A stretch of DNA of 62,314 nucleotides, counting the filler, from Squatina squatina (taxonomy: Eukaryota), in the NCBI GenBank assembly GCA_031763465.1. It is 3 parts of 3 records of this genome, joined end to end, with 100 filler letters (N's around TTAATTAATTAA, not from the genome) between each part and the next. Parts side by side here need not be neighbours in the genome. Positions count along the whole stretch, not along the records: positions 20,003 to 43,283 come from JARFOE010000001.1; 2 more parts are not named here. One strand, written 5' to 3'. The stretch's first letter is position 1; each line of letters begins with the position of its first letter. The translations under genes were made by a program, and so were the position numbers. Below, piece after piece: positions 22,694 to 35,290 of this stretch. Below the pieces are notes generated by a model. It did not search any database and had not been told where the DNA came from. It worked only from the letters and a program-made list of their open reading frames with translations.

Positions 22694-24240
22694 NNNNNNN
22701 NNNNNNNNNNNNNNNNNNNNNNNNNNNNNNNNNNNNNNNNNNNNNNNNNNNNNNNNNNNNNNNNNNNNNNNNNNNNNNNNNNNNNNNNNNNNNTCCATGT
22801 CCAAAATGACCATCAACATGCACACTCCATCCAGTTGATCCAGATCTTCAGTAGCCTAACCAGTGATCCTTAAATGGAAGCTGCTCCAAAAATATAAGGA
22901 AACATTGTTAATACTTTCATTTCTGTGGAGCCAAGAGGAGCAGGAATTCCCCCTTAAAGAAGCTTGCTCAGGCTTTAAAAAATAAACCGCATATGCCATG
23001 CTCAACGCAGGAAAAGAAGAGCAATTCTGGAACTATGGAGTTGTGAAAGCTGGCCTTCCTGCCTTTATTTTCCCAAACTTACAATAAGTAACCGCAGTAT
23101 CTTTTCGCTGCCTTTAATTATTTTCAGTACCAGTGGGTCATGTGCACAGGCAGGTATTTGCACAAAATTAGATTTGAATCCCTGAGGTGGGAGGTTTTAC
23201 TTAGCAAAAAGAAAAATAGCGCAGCAAAATTCTGGATTTAACCTCAATTCACATGCAATAATACTCGAATTTCACCTGAAAACTTTCATCAGCCACAAGG
23301 CAAATTCAGGGAGCACATTTCTGCTGGTTTGTGAGTGGAAAAACCATCTGATGCAGACGTCGCTTTGCCCATAAAAAATGAACCGGCAGATTTTCTTTTT
23401 TTGAATAAATACTGAGCAGATTGTCCCTTTTTATATCTGAGGGTTGTTTCAACACTTTGGGGAAGTGGCAGCACAGTAAGTACCAGTAACACAGTAAAAG
23501 TGATTGAACTACAACAAAAGTAGCAGATGTGGCAACATTAGGGGAACACTACCATTATTTGTATAAACTTTCTCCGGAAATGGCAGCAATGTGACATATT
23601 TCAATATCCTTGATGTTAACCTTTACCACCTGCTCAGTGTGATTTTACTCCCTATGGAGCCTCCCTCTTTTCCGAGATTGTATTTATGTTCTAATTAGTA
23701 AAATATGAGTGTTTAAAGTCAGTAGGCTTCATGGCACAGAGTTTAAGATGTGGGTTTCCCCTGGCATATCTCAGCCAAGACATCTGGTGGGAGGTGTCGG
23801 CGGCAATGAGGTGCCGGTCTTTCTCCCCCACCCCCCAGTTTTTTCGCCATGTCCTGAGGACACTGACTTTTGCTGNNNNNNNNNNTGCTGAACTGTGATT
23901 CCATATGTGCTGGCAACTCTCCAATAACTCACTAAAATAACTATTCTTCTGCTGTGAGCCCAGACAGGTCACTTGACATGGCGGAATATGGCTAATTGGG
24001 CTTGGCCTATGTTGTCTGAGCAGGATTTTTTAATTTATAATATTTCTGTACTGCTATGATCAGCTTGAAAGGGGTTAAATCAATGCCACCCAGATAAGAG
24101 GGGGTTATAGCAGCCCCATTCCAGATGTGTTGGCAATGGCNNNNNNNNNNNNNNNNNNNNNNNNNNNNNNNNNNNNNNNNNNNNNNNNNNNNNNNNNNNN
24201 NNNNNNNNNNNNNNNNNNNNNNNNNNNNNNNNNNNNNNNN

Positions 24241-24468
24241 TTCTACACACAAAGGGTGGTAGAAGTTTGGAACTCTCTTCCGCAAACGGCAATTGATGCT
24301 AGATCAATTGTTAATTTGAAATCGGAGCTTGATAGATTTTTGTTAACTGAAGGTATGAGGGGATATGGGCCAAAGGTGGGTATCTGGAGCTAGGTTGCAG
24401 ATCAGCCATAATCTCATTGAATGGCGGAACAGGCTCGAGGGGCTAAATGACCTATTCCCGTTCCTATG
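24241..24468 (+). mobile_element. CR1 LINE 3' end
   Basis: FYTQRVVEVWNSLPQTAIDARSIVNLKSELDRFL followed by the gatcagccat..aatggcggaacaggctcgagggg tail. Confidence 0.85.
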
Positions 24469-26759
24469 TGCACCTGAGGATTTACCCATTTGACATTAGA
24501 AACATTGGTCTGAATTTGATTTTGACCTGTGTTGTGGCCTCGCTGGTCCCAGATTAGGGAGGAGAATGATTAGTCAGAATTCCCAGTCCTGATCACTATT
24601 GAGTGAGTCTGCATGTTCAGGAAAGGAGGAGAGAACTGGCCAAAAAAAAATTGACTCGTAGATATCAGAATATTTTAAAACACATGTATTGAAGACTTTA
24701 TAAAGGGAAGATTTGCAGGGCTATAGGGAAACAGCAGGGGAGTAGGATGAACTGGATAGCTCTTTCAAATACCCTGCACAGGCACGATGGGCTGAATGGC
24801 CACCTTCTGTACTGTACCATTCTATGTTAAGAGAAAATAGGAATTACTAGATGAGAAAAGACTGTGATCCATCTAGTTCACCTTCGACTGTCCTGGTCAT
24901 CACATGATACAATGATAATGGAGTTGTTGACTAATCAGAGCAATCAATCTCTATCAATCAGTCGACAACAGAAATGACAGGAGAGAAAACCCAGTGGTGA
25001 TGAGCTTTGGGAACCATAGGTCCATGGTCACCTTTTTCCTCCCAAGCACGCTACGCAGACTACATGTGATGCCTCAAATTACTCATATACTACATCCCAA
25101 AATGTTATTGACTGAAAGAAATCTACCTAACTTGCAGTTGAATGAATCAATGCTAACGGCTTCCACCGTCTAAAACTGGTGAGGAAAAAAAATATAGCTG
25201 GAGCATTTACACAACTTGCTATTGTCATCGAACAACAGAAACGAGAAGTAACAGTAATGGTAGTAAACCTGCTCATTCCTTTTCTCAGGACCGCAACAAT
25301 TGGGAACTGCCAGGTCCTTGGACCAGTCTGTCCACACAATCATTATCAACTCCAACCTACGGCACAGCTAATACTCTGCTAATATTGAGATCTATAGATC
25401 AACAACCAAAGTGAAGAGTAAATAGCTGCCTTGGCAACTCAATCTGAAAAACAAATACAGACACTGGAAGAAAGGGTTGTTTTGATTTTGGATGAAGGCT
25501 ATTTTTTTTTTCAGTTTGCTGCACATAAAAGTTTTGTTTGTGCAAAACAGAAAATCCCATTCTCCGTGTATAAGTTTTATCATGGATACTAAAGGGGATA
25601 GTGAGGAAAGGAAAATGGAAAACAAGTGCATTTAATGTGCTGCTACAGACTTCAGGGATAAAATTACTGAATTATCCCAATAGATCGGTATGAAAGGAAC
25701 AGAACTATTCTGCTTGCAATTATCTAACCTCATTTTGCAATATATATTGCAAAATGAGAAGCTTCAAGACTTTGGTTGAAATTTTTCAGTTACTACTAGT
25801 TTAAGTGTACTAAGTTAAAACACTTGTGTATTGCTGAATGATGGATTATCATCTTACACAATTATATCCTTCTGTTGACCTATTTAGATTGAATGTAAAA
25901 GAAGCCGGCAAAATTTGGTTTTCAGTAGTTGGGTGAAACCATAAATAAGAGAGCTACCCATTGAAAATGATTTAAAGTATATTGCTGTTTGGGTGGTCTG
26001 CTAACGTATAGTAGCGAAGCCACCCACCTCATGTGTTACCAAGATCAAGCCCAACTTTGTACCCCTGATTCTTCAACCTGTGATCCCTGTAATCGCGGCT
26101 CCCCACAAGCTTGCAGAATTACCCTTAAGCTGCCAGCACCCCCTGCAGAAAGCATATGAATGAAGCATCTGTGGAATGTTTTATAATCTCTGGAGTTAAT
26201 TACATTGCAAACTGTGCCAAATAGAAGATCTGCTGCAGCTTGACAGCTGTGGGAGGGTGGNNNNNNNNNNNNNNNNNNNNNNNNNNNNNNNNNNNNNNNN
26301 NNNNNNNNNNNNNNNNNNNNNNNNNNNNNNNNNNNNNNNNNNNNNNNNNNNNNNNNNNNNNNNNNNNNNNNNNNNNNNNNNNNNNNNNNNNNNNNNNNNN
26401 NNNNNNNNNNNNNNNNNNNNNNNNNNNNNNNNNNNNNNNNNNNNNNNNNNNNNNNNNNNNNNNNNNNNNNNNNNNNNNNNNNNNNNNNNNNNNNNNNNNN
26501 NNNNNNNNNNNNNNNNNNNNNNNNNNNNNNNNNNNNNNNNNNNNNNNNNNNNNNNNNNNNNNNNNNNNNNNNNNNNNNNNNNNNNNNNNNNNNNNNNNNN
26601 NNNNNNNNNNNNNNNNNNNNNNNNNNNNNNNNNNNNNNNNNNNNNNNNNNNNNNNNNNNNNNNNNNNNNNNNNNNNNNNNNNNNNNNNNNNNNNNNNNNN
26701 NNNNNNNNNNNNNNNNNNNNNNNNNNNNNAAGTTTAAAAAGATGGTTAAAAATGAAGTG

Positions 26760-27068
26760 AGAGGAACAGCTACTAAAAATAAATTAATCTCTCTTGACAG
26801 CACTGCACACAGTGTCTGACATAAAACAGGGGTGCTGGAGAAATCATGCATTGCGAGGAACCAGACATAGTAGGGATTACTGAGACATGGTTACAGAAAA
26901 TTCAGGACTGGGAATTAAACATTGCAGGATATAACAACTTTATAAATGATAGCGAAGGGAAAAGGGGAGGTGGAGTAGCTATGCTTATTAGGAATAACAT
27001 AATAGCAGTAGAAAAAAGTGATGTAGCTATCAGCAAGACAGAAATAGAATCCATGTGGATAGAGATAA
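26760..27068 (+). mobile_element. CR1 LINE endonuclease N-terminal fragment, cut off by a GC-rich repeat near 27069
   Basis: EEPDIVGITETWLQKIQDWELNIAGYNNF..EGKRGGGVAMLIR..ESMWIEIK. Confidence 0.88.
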
Positions 27069-27330
27069 AGGGGGTGAAATTGGCCACTGTGTGAAAATGA
27101 GTTAATGCCTACTTAAGGCGTTAATGGTATGCTAAACATTCTTACGGCATTAAATCACTATTTAGCGCCTCGAGCGAAATTCACCAGGGAAAAACATTAG
27201 GCGCTAAAGTTTTGCACCTCCTTGGCCAGGCGAGATCGTGTTAGCGCTTCCGATGATGGATGATGTCATCAATGCATGCAATGCCTCATTGATGCCTCAT
27301 TGCAAAATTCCCCGAAGTTAGCACCTAATA
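27069..27330. mobile_element. CpG-rich TTAGCGCC-containing repeat, putative non-autonomous DNA transposon
   Basis: Begins GGGGGTGAAATTGG and has repeated ttagcgc/ggcgctaa motifs; related tracts at 59405-59715 and 59877-60160. Confidence 0.5.
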
Positions 27331-27543
27331 TTCAATATTTAGGAAGGACAGGCAAAAAGGGAAAGCCAGTGGGTTGGCGTTTTTATTAAAGGAGGAAATC
27401 AATGCAATAGTGAGGAAGGATATTGGCTCGCAAAGTCATGATGNNNNNNNNNNNNNNNNNNNNNNNNNNNNNNNNNNNNNNNNNNNNNNNNNNNNNNNNN
27501 NNNNNNNNNNNNNNNNNNNNNNNNNNNNNNNNNNNNNNNNNNN

Positions 27544-27730
27544 GTCCGTCGCCGTCACTGGGTCAAAATCCTGGAACTCCCTCCCTAACAGCTCTGTGGG
27601 AGTTCCTCCACCACCCGGACTGCAGCGGTTCAAGAAGGCGGCTCATCACCCCCTTCTCAAGGGCAATTAGGGATGGGCAATAAATGCTGGCCTTGCCAGC
27701 AACACCCACATCCCATCAATGAATAAAAAA
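27544..27730 (+). mobile_element. 3' end of a CR1/L2-group LINE (family unassigned)
   Basis: SVAVTGSKSWNSLPNS..GLQRFKKAAHHPLLKGN* then aataaatgctggccttgccagc..cccacatccc and an A-rich tail; a reverse copy of the tail is at 39230-39265. Confidence 0.75.
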
Positions 27731-29569
27731 AAGACTGTGCTACCTCTTATTAATAGACACTCGAATTCCGCCATTTTACAAAGAAATTGATTCAGAATCC
27801 AGGTTTGGGTGTGCTGACTTACACTGGCCAAATTTGGATTGACTTGGCTTTTTGGCCTGGATGGTTACTCATTCCTGACATAGAGATTGTCTGATATGTG
27901 TGAGATAGAGAGTACACCTTCTCTCCAGCATGGAACAGCCTGTACAGTCAGCAAAGAAAAACAAACAGTACATTAATATTCGTGGGAGGGTAAGGGGGAA
28001 ATGACTATAAGAGTTAATCGGTTAATGGAATATATGAAACCTCAAGTAAACCAAATCTAAACAGTTTGTTGCAAATCTGTGGTACAGATGCTTGTAGAAG
28101 CCATGTAGTTTTACAGGCTTTAGAAAATACATAACCCTACAGGCATCTATAAATTGTTTTACAGTTTCAGTTGGCTCAGTACAGGTTTAGCTTCACTTTT
28201 ACCTACCAGGTAGAATGCTAGCTATAAAGAAGGCATTACATGTATGGCTGGGGAACTCATATATTACCCTAAAACCTAAACCCGTACCTACAACAGTATA
28301 AAGTTACCATCCCAGCCATTGTAACAGTGCTTTTCTTGTCTCTCATTGTTTTCAATGAAGTTTGCAAACGTTAAGGGAAAATGGGGAAAGTAGGACAATT
28401 TGGATATACTGCGAACAAATCTGTAATCACTTTATAACCCTGAGGGGCCTGGATAATGTAGGTCACAAAGCCTGTGATAACAACACATGGTTTTAATTCT
28501 GCATACTTTGTTTGAAGTGTCAGATTCTTTTACTTTTCAGGAACAATAATTTGGAAAATTGACAAAATATATTAGGGGATTTGAGCCTAGCGCTTGCCCA
28601 CTTACATCCAAGGTGAACAAAAAAGCTGTACCAATAGAAATTAAGAAAATAAAAGAACACATCTTATATTATTCTTCATTTTTTTCTTCAGCTCTGCAAT
28701 GTTAGCAGTACAAGAGAAAAGAGTACACTTTCATTATAAGTTTGGTAACAAAATGGTGTGAGGTAACAGCAAGGTTCAGCTCACCCCTGACTGGCAAACA
28801 GTAGATTTTTTTTGCCTCAACCTCAGAAAAGCCCCCTTTGTGTAAAAAAGTATTTTTTCCATTCTAAATCATTCCAAGCCTCAGAGGTGAGGCTGCCAAG
28901 CTGAGGTCAGTCTTGTGATGTCGACTCACCTACTAAATTGTTGCCAGAGAATGCTGGCTTAAAGTGAATAGTTTCTGTAGCAAAATAAAGTCAGAAGAAT
29001 AAGCAGAGCTTCAAACATTGAAAGGAGCCAGGGATCAAATCCTGTGTATAATACTAGAAAAAATACCGAAGATAGACATGCCAACATATGTACATTGGAG
29101 ACAGATTGTACTTGCCCCGCTATTCATTTTTCATCTGTGTACCCTGTCAGTACTGAATTTCCATCACTTGGATGCCTCCCACATGCTATGGGCAAAATAG
29201 CAATCCAAAATTGGAACAAATTCTGGTATTTAGTGATTGAACCTAAACTGCCTTAACTTTGCCTTATGGAGAAAACATGCTGTATAGTATGTCAATAACA
29301 TCAGTTAATAAATATTAATTTGATGTGTTCTAATAAAAGAATAACCATATAATCATATATTTACTGTTTACAATAGAGGAAATTCTCATCATTTTAAGAA
29401 TCTTAAAACTCCAGCTGTAGAACCTCAAAAGATGAGTTGACTATTTTTATGTCATTGGCATTTTAGAGTGTTGTTGGACTGAAACAATAACACCACCTTG
29501 GATTCATGTACAGCACAAGGCATTTCAAGGTATTTTGCAAAAGAATAATAAGGGGAAGGGTGTTGAATT

Positions 29570-29900
29570 GTGGCAAACAGTTCAGAGGAGGTGACTGAAG
29601 GCGAGGTTGAAAAGTTGAGCTTTGAGGTGATTATTTTGAAGGATAGAGAAGAAGAGGTGAAGGAATTTAGTAAGGGAGTTCCACATGGTAGGGTTGATGT
29701 GATTGAAAGTTCTATACCAATGATAGGATGAAAAGGGGGAATACACAGGAGAGTCAAAGGGCTTAGGAGGGGATGCATGGCTAGAAGGGGTTGGAGATGC
29801 AGGAAGATGCAAGGCCAAGGAGAGATTTTAAGATGAGAACAAGGATTTTAAATTGGATGCTTTAGGGGCAGGGTACAATTGTAGGTCCACCAGGATAGGG
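29570..29900 (-). mobile_element. L2 LINE 3' fragment
   Basis: Minus-strand MWNSLTK..NHLKAQLFNLAF, matching the L2 ORF2 end (WNSLP..LKTHLFxxAF). Confidence 0.7.
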
Positions 29901-29904
29901 AGAC

Positions 29905-30267
29905 CTATTTCCATGTCTGCAACGTCACCCGACTGGCCCTGAATCAGCTCACCTGCTGCTGAAATGCTCATGCATGCTTTAGTCACCTCCAGACTCTACT
30001 ACTCCAATGCTCTCTTGACTGGCCACCCATCTCACCCTCCTTAAACGTTAGCTCTGCTAAATGCTGCTACCTGTATCCTATCCCACACCAAATCCTGCTC
30101 ATTCATTACCCCTGTCCTCACTGACCTACATTGGCTCCCAGTCCCCCAACACCTCAAATTAAAAATTCTCATCCTTATGTTTAAATCCCTTCATGGCCTC
30201 TTCCTTCCACATCCCTGTAGCATCCACAACCCCACTTAAACTCTGTTCCTTTAATTCTGGCTTGTGA
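29905..30267 (+). mobile_element. L2 LINE ORF2 fragment, opposite in orientation to the adjacent one
   Basis: AEMLMHALVTSRLYYSNALLTG and ITPVLTDLHWLPV..KILIL, the L2 C-terminal signature. Confidence 0.85.
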
Positions 30268-30699
30268 NNNNNNNNNNNNNNNNNNNNNNNNNNNNNNNNN
30301 NNNNNNNNNNNNNNNNNNNNNNNNNNNNNNNNNNNNNNNNNNNNNNNNNNNNNNNNNNNNNNNNNNNACTTATGTATCGTCTGAAACTTTTATTTTTGTG
30401 TCCCTATAACCAAATCCAGCTCCTTTATATATATTGAGAAGGTTTCAACAATGATTCCTGGCAGCAATGTTTACATCTATCCAGTACCAAAAACATTAAT
30501 TAACCACTACTCTCTGTTTTCTCTCTTTTAATCAGCTCCTATCCTTGCTGCCCCAATACCTTCAATACCATGTGCTTTTGTTTTAAAAAGTGTTGTAACA
30601 ATATAAAAGATCACTAAAAGTGATGTTGAAATCAACAATTATTGCCTCTACTGAAGAGGCGTTAAAAAAAGTCAGGGTAATGAACAAAAGCTCCAACCC

Positions 30700-31030
30700 C
30701 TAACGAGAAGAATTGATGGTGAGAAACTAGAACAAGGTGACCATTTTATGCACTTGAAACAGACAGCACAGAGAAGGGTCAAGGCAGCAAACAAATGAAA
30801 GATTCATTGAGATGGCAAGAAGCCAAGTGACTGGGCTGGAAACAATTTGGAAAGGCTGGGGACTCGTAAAGAGTGTAAAAATGAAGTTTGCAAGAGTATG
30901 GACATGGCCTATAGCCACATTTGGTTGTAAACCAGTGACATTAAGTGTGGATTNNNNNNNNNNAAAAAATTTGAAGTGTTCAAATTATGATGTTGTTGCA
31001 CAATCTTGAGAATACACTGGATAACTCAAT
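30700..31030 (+). mobile_element. Highly decayed RTE-clade LINE fragment (region C-terminal to RT)
   Basis: RFIEMARSQVTGLETIWKGWGLVKSVKMKFARVWTWPIATFGCKPVTL resembles RTE RIAMAK..LxKIWK..TKIRL..FPIATYGCETWTL; ILRIHW follows. Confidence 0.6.
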
Positions 31031-33894
31031 GTAATGACAAGCTGGTTCTACCAGAATTGACTTTTGTAAGGAATATAGATAGAAAATATCAGGATGAGAA
31101 AACATTTTGAATGCGTAATTAAAAGGAAAGGACTTGCCGTTATATAGAACCTTATTATATCTTTACCAGAATGCCTGTAATGGGCACAGTAGCCTTGTGG
31201 TTATAATACTACACNNNNNNNNNNNNNNNNNNNNNNNNNNNNNNNNNNNNNNNNNNNNNNNNNNNNNNNNNNNNNNNNNNNNNNNNNNNNNNNNNNNNNN
31301 NNNNNNNNNNNNNNNNNNNNNNNNNNNNNNNNNNNNNNNNNNNNNNNNNNNNNNNNNNNNNNNNNNNNNNNNNNNNNNNNNNNNNNNNNNNNNNNNNNNN
31401 NNNNNNNNNNNNNNNNNNNNNNNNNNNNNNNNNNNNNNNNNNNNNNNNNNNNNNNNNNNNNNNNNNNNNNNNNNNNNNNNNNNNNNNNNNNNNNNNNNNN
31501 NNNNNNNNNNNNNNNNNNNNNNNNNNNNNNNNNNNNNNNNNNNNNNNNNNNNNNNNNNNNNNNNNNNNNNNNNNNNNNNNNNNNNNNNNNNNNNNNNNNN
31601 NNNNNNNNNNNNNNNNNNNNNNNNNNNNNNNNNNNNNNNNNNNNNNNNNNNNNNNNNNNNNNNNNNNNNNNNNNNNNNNNNNNNNNNNNNNNNNNNNNNN
31701 NNNNNNNNNNNNNNNNNNNNNNNNNNNNNNNNNNNNNNNNNNNNNNNNNNNNNNNNNNNNNNNNNNNNNNNNNNNNNNNNNNNNNNNNNNNNNNNNNNNN
31801 NNNNNNNNNNNNNNNNNNNNNNNNNNNNNNNNNNNNNNNNNNNNNNNNNNNNNNNNNNNNNNNNNNNNNNNNNNNNNNNNNNNNNNNNNNNNNNNNNNNN
31901 NNNNNNNNNNNNNNNNNNNNNNNNNNNNNNNNNNNNNNNNNNNNNNNNNNNNNNNNNNNNNNNNNNNNNNNNNNNNNNNNNNNNNNNNNNNNNNNNNNNN
32001 NNNNNNNNNNNNNNNNNNNNNNNNNNNNNNNCACGGAAAAAGACACAAAAAAGCCCTTTCCAAGTAGTGAAATATGAACAATGTATGAAATTAAGAATGT
32101 GCAAAGGAATTTATTACCCTGCAGGGTCAATATGTAGGTTGAAGAATACTTTTATCAGAGTCAGGCTAACCTTAAGCAGGATTAAAGATAAAGTAAAATA
32201 TTGGTATTTTAGAATGAGGGAAGTGCATGAGTGGCAGCACCTCAAGTCATACAACCGTGCTCCACACAACACAGCTATTTAAGACATTTTAAACTGTGCA
32301 AAGGTAAGTTCCTTTCATGACCTGGAGTCAAGGTGGATTTCAACTTAGGCTGAATGTTTTCTTTCTCACTTACAAGGAGATGAGGGTTCCTTCAGGCAGG
32401 AAAGAACTGTTGTTAAGTGGGGGGCAAAACAAGAAGCCTGATTACATGGAATAGGTCAGGGAAGGACAAAAGAGTTGCTTATAACCAGGATCGCCCATAA
32501 CTGGAAGGATATCTCAGTTCCCAATATGTTTTCAGGCTGTTTGTTATGATTATGTTTTACCAACGACTTGGTCTTCATTGCCATATTCCATATGTGATTT
32601 ATTGTCATGCATGTGTGATTTATCATGGAACTTCATTTTGCTGAAAATTCTGGCAACAATAACACGTTTGAAGCCAAATCAACACAAGGGGTACAATGTT
32701 GTAAACTGTAATTGAGCCTGTATCAACCTTTCAAACATTTCCAGCTCCAGTTCAGAGAGATAAATCACAAAACGATTTTGTTCTATTGAAAATTATTCCA
32801 ATTTGTTCCAGATATTTTGCAGTGTCAGCATAAATTCTCCTGGTGTCCGGCACTGCCTTATACATTCATTTTAAAAAATTGTTTTTGAGTTTATTGTTTT
32901 CTACAGTGATGAATTTGCGTTGAGTGTCCATTTGTGAAAGCTAGGTCTGAAATTCTGATCCAGATCAAGGTGTAAGTGGAACAGATCTAGACTGGAAAAT
33001 CGAATGATTCCGTGAGGATTCCATCACATGTGTGTCCTATGAGAAATTCCTTTGGGGGGTGGGGGNNNNNNNNNNNNNNNNNNNNNNNNNNNNNNNNNNN
33101 NNNNNNNNNNNNNNNNNNNNNNNNNNNNNNNNNNNNNNNNNNNNNNNNNNNNNNNNNNNNNNNNNGAAAGGAAAAGGAAGTCGGCAGCGCACATCGGGAC
33201 TACTGGTGGCAATTGTTTTAAGTACGTGTGTAGCTGTGTTAGTTGATGTCAAAGGGCAGAAGTCCTGTTTTAATGGTGTCAAAGGGCACGAGTCATAAAG
33301 CAGTTGACCTCTGGATAAAATTGCATTGAAACAGTGGGGTTTTTTAACTTTGAGTTATAGCATTTCTGGTGTTTCCAATAGTAATGTTCATGCATTGGTG
33401 TGGAATGTGAAAGTTCATTTGGGAAGCGTTTGGGTAACAAAGAACAAATTATCACTGCAATTGTATTCCATTTAAAAGCATGCCTTACACTGCATGTAAC
33501 AAAGGAAAGTTTAAAGCTGCATTGTCCACATTCCAATCATTTAAAATCTGTAAATGCTAAGTTCCCACCAAAGTGACTGTTTCAGTGTTTGGCACTGTAA
33601 GGGAAAAAGTGAAAAAAATAATTGCACAATGGAAACTAAACATTATCATCAGTCACCAGTCTCTTGTAAGAAATATCCAGAATTGTGAATTTAAAAAGGC
33701 TAATTGTTGCTGCTTCATATTCAGGGATGGTACATACACTGGGATTTTTTTTTACAAATAAACACATTCCAATCTGACACTTTTAAAGAGAGAGAGAACA
33801 ATAATCAGTATGAATAAAACAGATAGGCAATGGAAACATTCTTCCAACTCGACTCCCACCCATTTGTTCTTGGCCCCACCCACACATTTATAAC

Positions 33895-34252
33895 CAGTAC
33901 CTCTGATTTCCAGCCTCAATTCCCTCAGCATCCTAGGATGCATTCCATCCGCTCCTGGTGATTTATCTACTTTAAGTACAGCCAGCCTTTCTAATACCTC
34001 CTCTTTATCAATTTTTATCCTATCCAGTGTCTCCACTACCTCCTCCTTCACTAGACCTATGACCATATCCTCTTCCTTGGTGAAGAGGGATGCAAAGTTT
34101 AGTGCCTCAGCCATATCCTCTGCATCCATGCATAGGTCTCCCTTTTGGTCCCAAATCAGCGCCATCCCTCCTCTTACGACCCTTTTACTATATAGATGCC
34201 TATACAAGACGTTTGGATTACCTTTTATGTCAGCTGCCAATCTATTCTCATA
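33895..34252 (-). mobile_element. CR1 LINE ORF2 fragment (linker before RT)
   Basis: YENRLAADIKGNP..MAEALNFASLFTKE..LAVLKVDKSPGADGMHPRMLREL. Confidence 0.9.
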
Positions 34253-35044
34253 NNNNNNNNNNNNNNNNNNNNNNNNNNNNNNNNNNNNNNNNNNNNNNNN
34301 NNNNNNNNNNNNNNNNNNNNNNNNNNNNNNNNNNNNNNNNNNNNNNNNNNNNTGGTTGTCAAGCAGTGCCCTACTACAGGGGAAGGGAAGGAAAATTCGA
34401 GACAGAAACAGAAAGATATCTATCTTGTACATTTTCTAGTAATTAGCAGTGGATCAACTTGCCTGCCCACCATTGTGTCCCCTTTTATTTGAACCCTTCA
34501 CCATGGTGAACAATTTGTTAACCTTTATAATCTTGAACATGACCTTAACCTTTTTTAATAATCTTAATTCCTCCTGCGCTGAATATTAATCATAGCTTGC
34601 TTCTGAAGCGACCAAGGGCAAAAATATCTTCAGCAGCACACATAGCACTCACAATGGTGACTGATCAATAATTTGGGTTAACTTGTATTATGTCCTTCTG
34701 TGAATGCAACCCAGTATCTTCCTTGAGTCTTTTGCTTTTCTAAATCAAATTGTTGGATTGTGAATTCAATGTTAAAGTGGAACTTGCAGAATAAGTTGGT
34801 AAGAGGATATCCATTTTCTTTGGAAACAAATCCCACTGAGGAAAAATAACTGCAGGCATGTTGTTTTTGTGTGGTATTTGCGTTCCCTTTAAGAAAAAAA
34901 AATCTCTGAATAACATTTTCCTTTACTTCCCTTGCCAGTGCAAGGGTATCCTCTGCCCAAATGAGCTTTGTAGCTTGCCATCCTCTATTTCAAAGGCGTG
35001 CATTATTCCTGCAGGAAGATCAAAACCAATGCCAATGCTCCATG

Positions 35045-35290
35045 AGCCAAACTGTGCAGGAGACAGCACACCACAAATATCTGGCAGGCATATCCTGAGA
35101 CATACTGCAGGGCACCTCCTGATCAGTGTAGGGAACTAATGTGTACTTTAAGCATTCCAAAAATTCTTTTGATCACCGTATCTGTGCTTTGCAGGAGTTT
35201 GTGGATTGTACTATTTGGTCTGCCATCTCTTTCAAACATTTCGGGGCCAAAGAGATTGGAACAGAATAAGTAAGCCATGTGATACTTCTG
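35045..35290 (-). mobile_element. Decayed PIF/Harbinger (HARBI1-like) transposase C-terminal fragment
   Basis: Minus-strand TDTVIKRIFGMLKVHISSLH*SGGALQYVSGYACQIFVVCCLLHSLA matches the DDE_Tnp_4 motif TRxxIERxFGxLKxRFRCLDxSGGALQY..CCxLHNxA; contains an in-frame stop. Confidence 0.75.

Noticed and set aside
23545-23636. Possible minus-strand exon VVKVNIKDIEICHIAAISGESLYKIM
   Set aside because: No polypyrimidine tract, weak donor and no recognisable homology.
32213-32310. Strong donor AAG|GTAAGT at about 32304 with a possible upstream acceptor
   Set aside because: All three frames contain stops and nothing else supports an exon.
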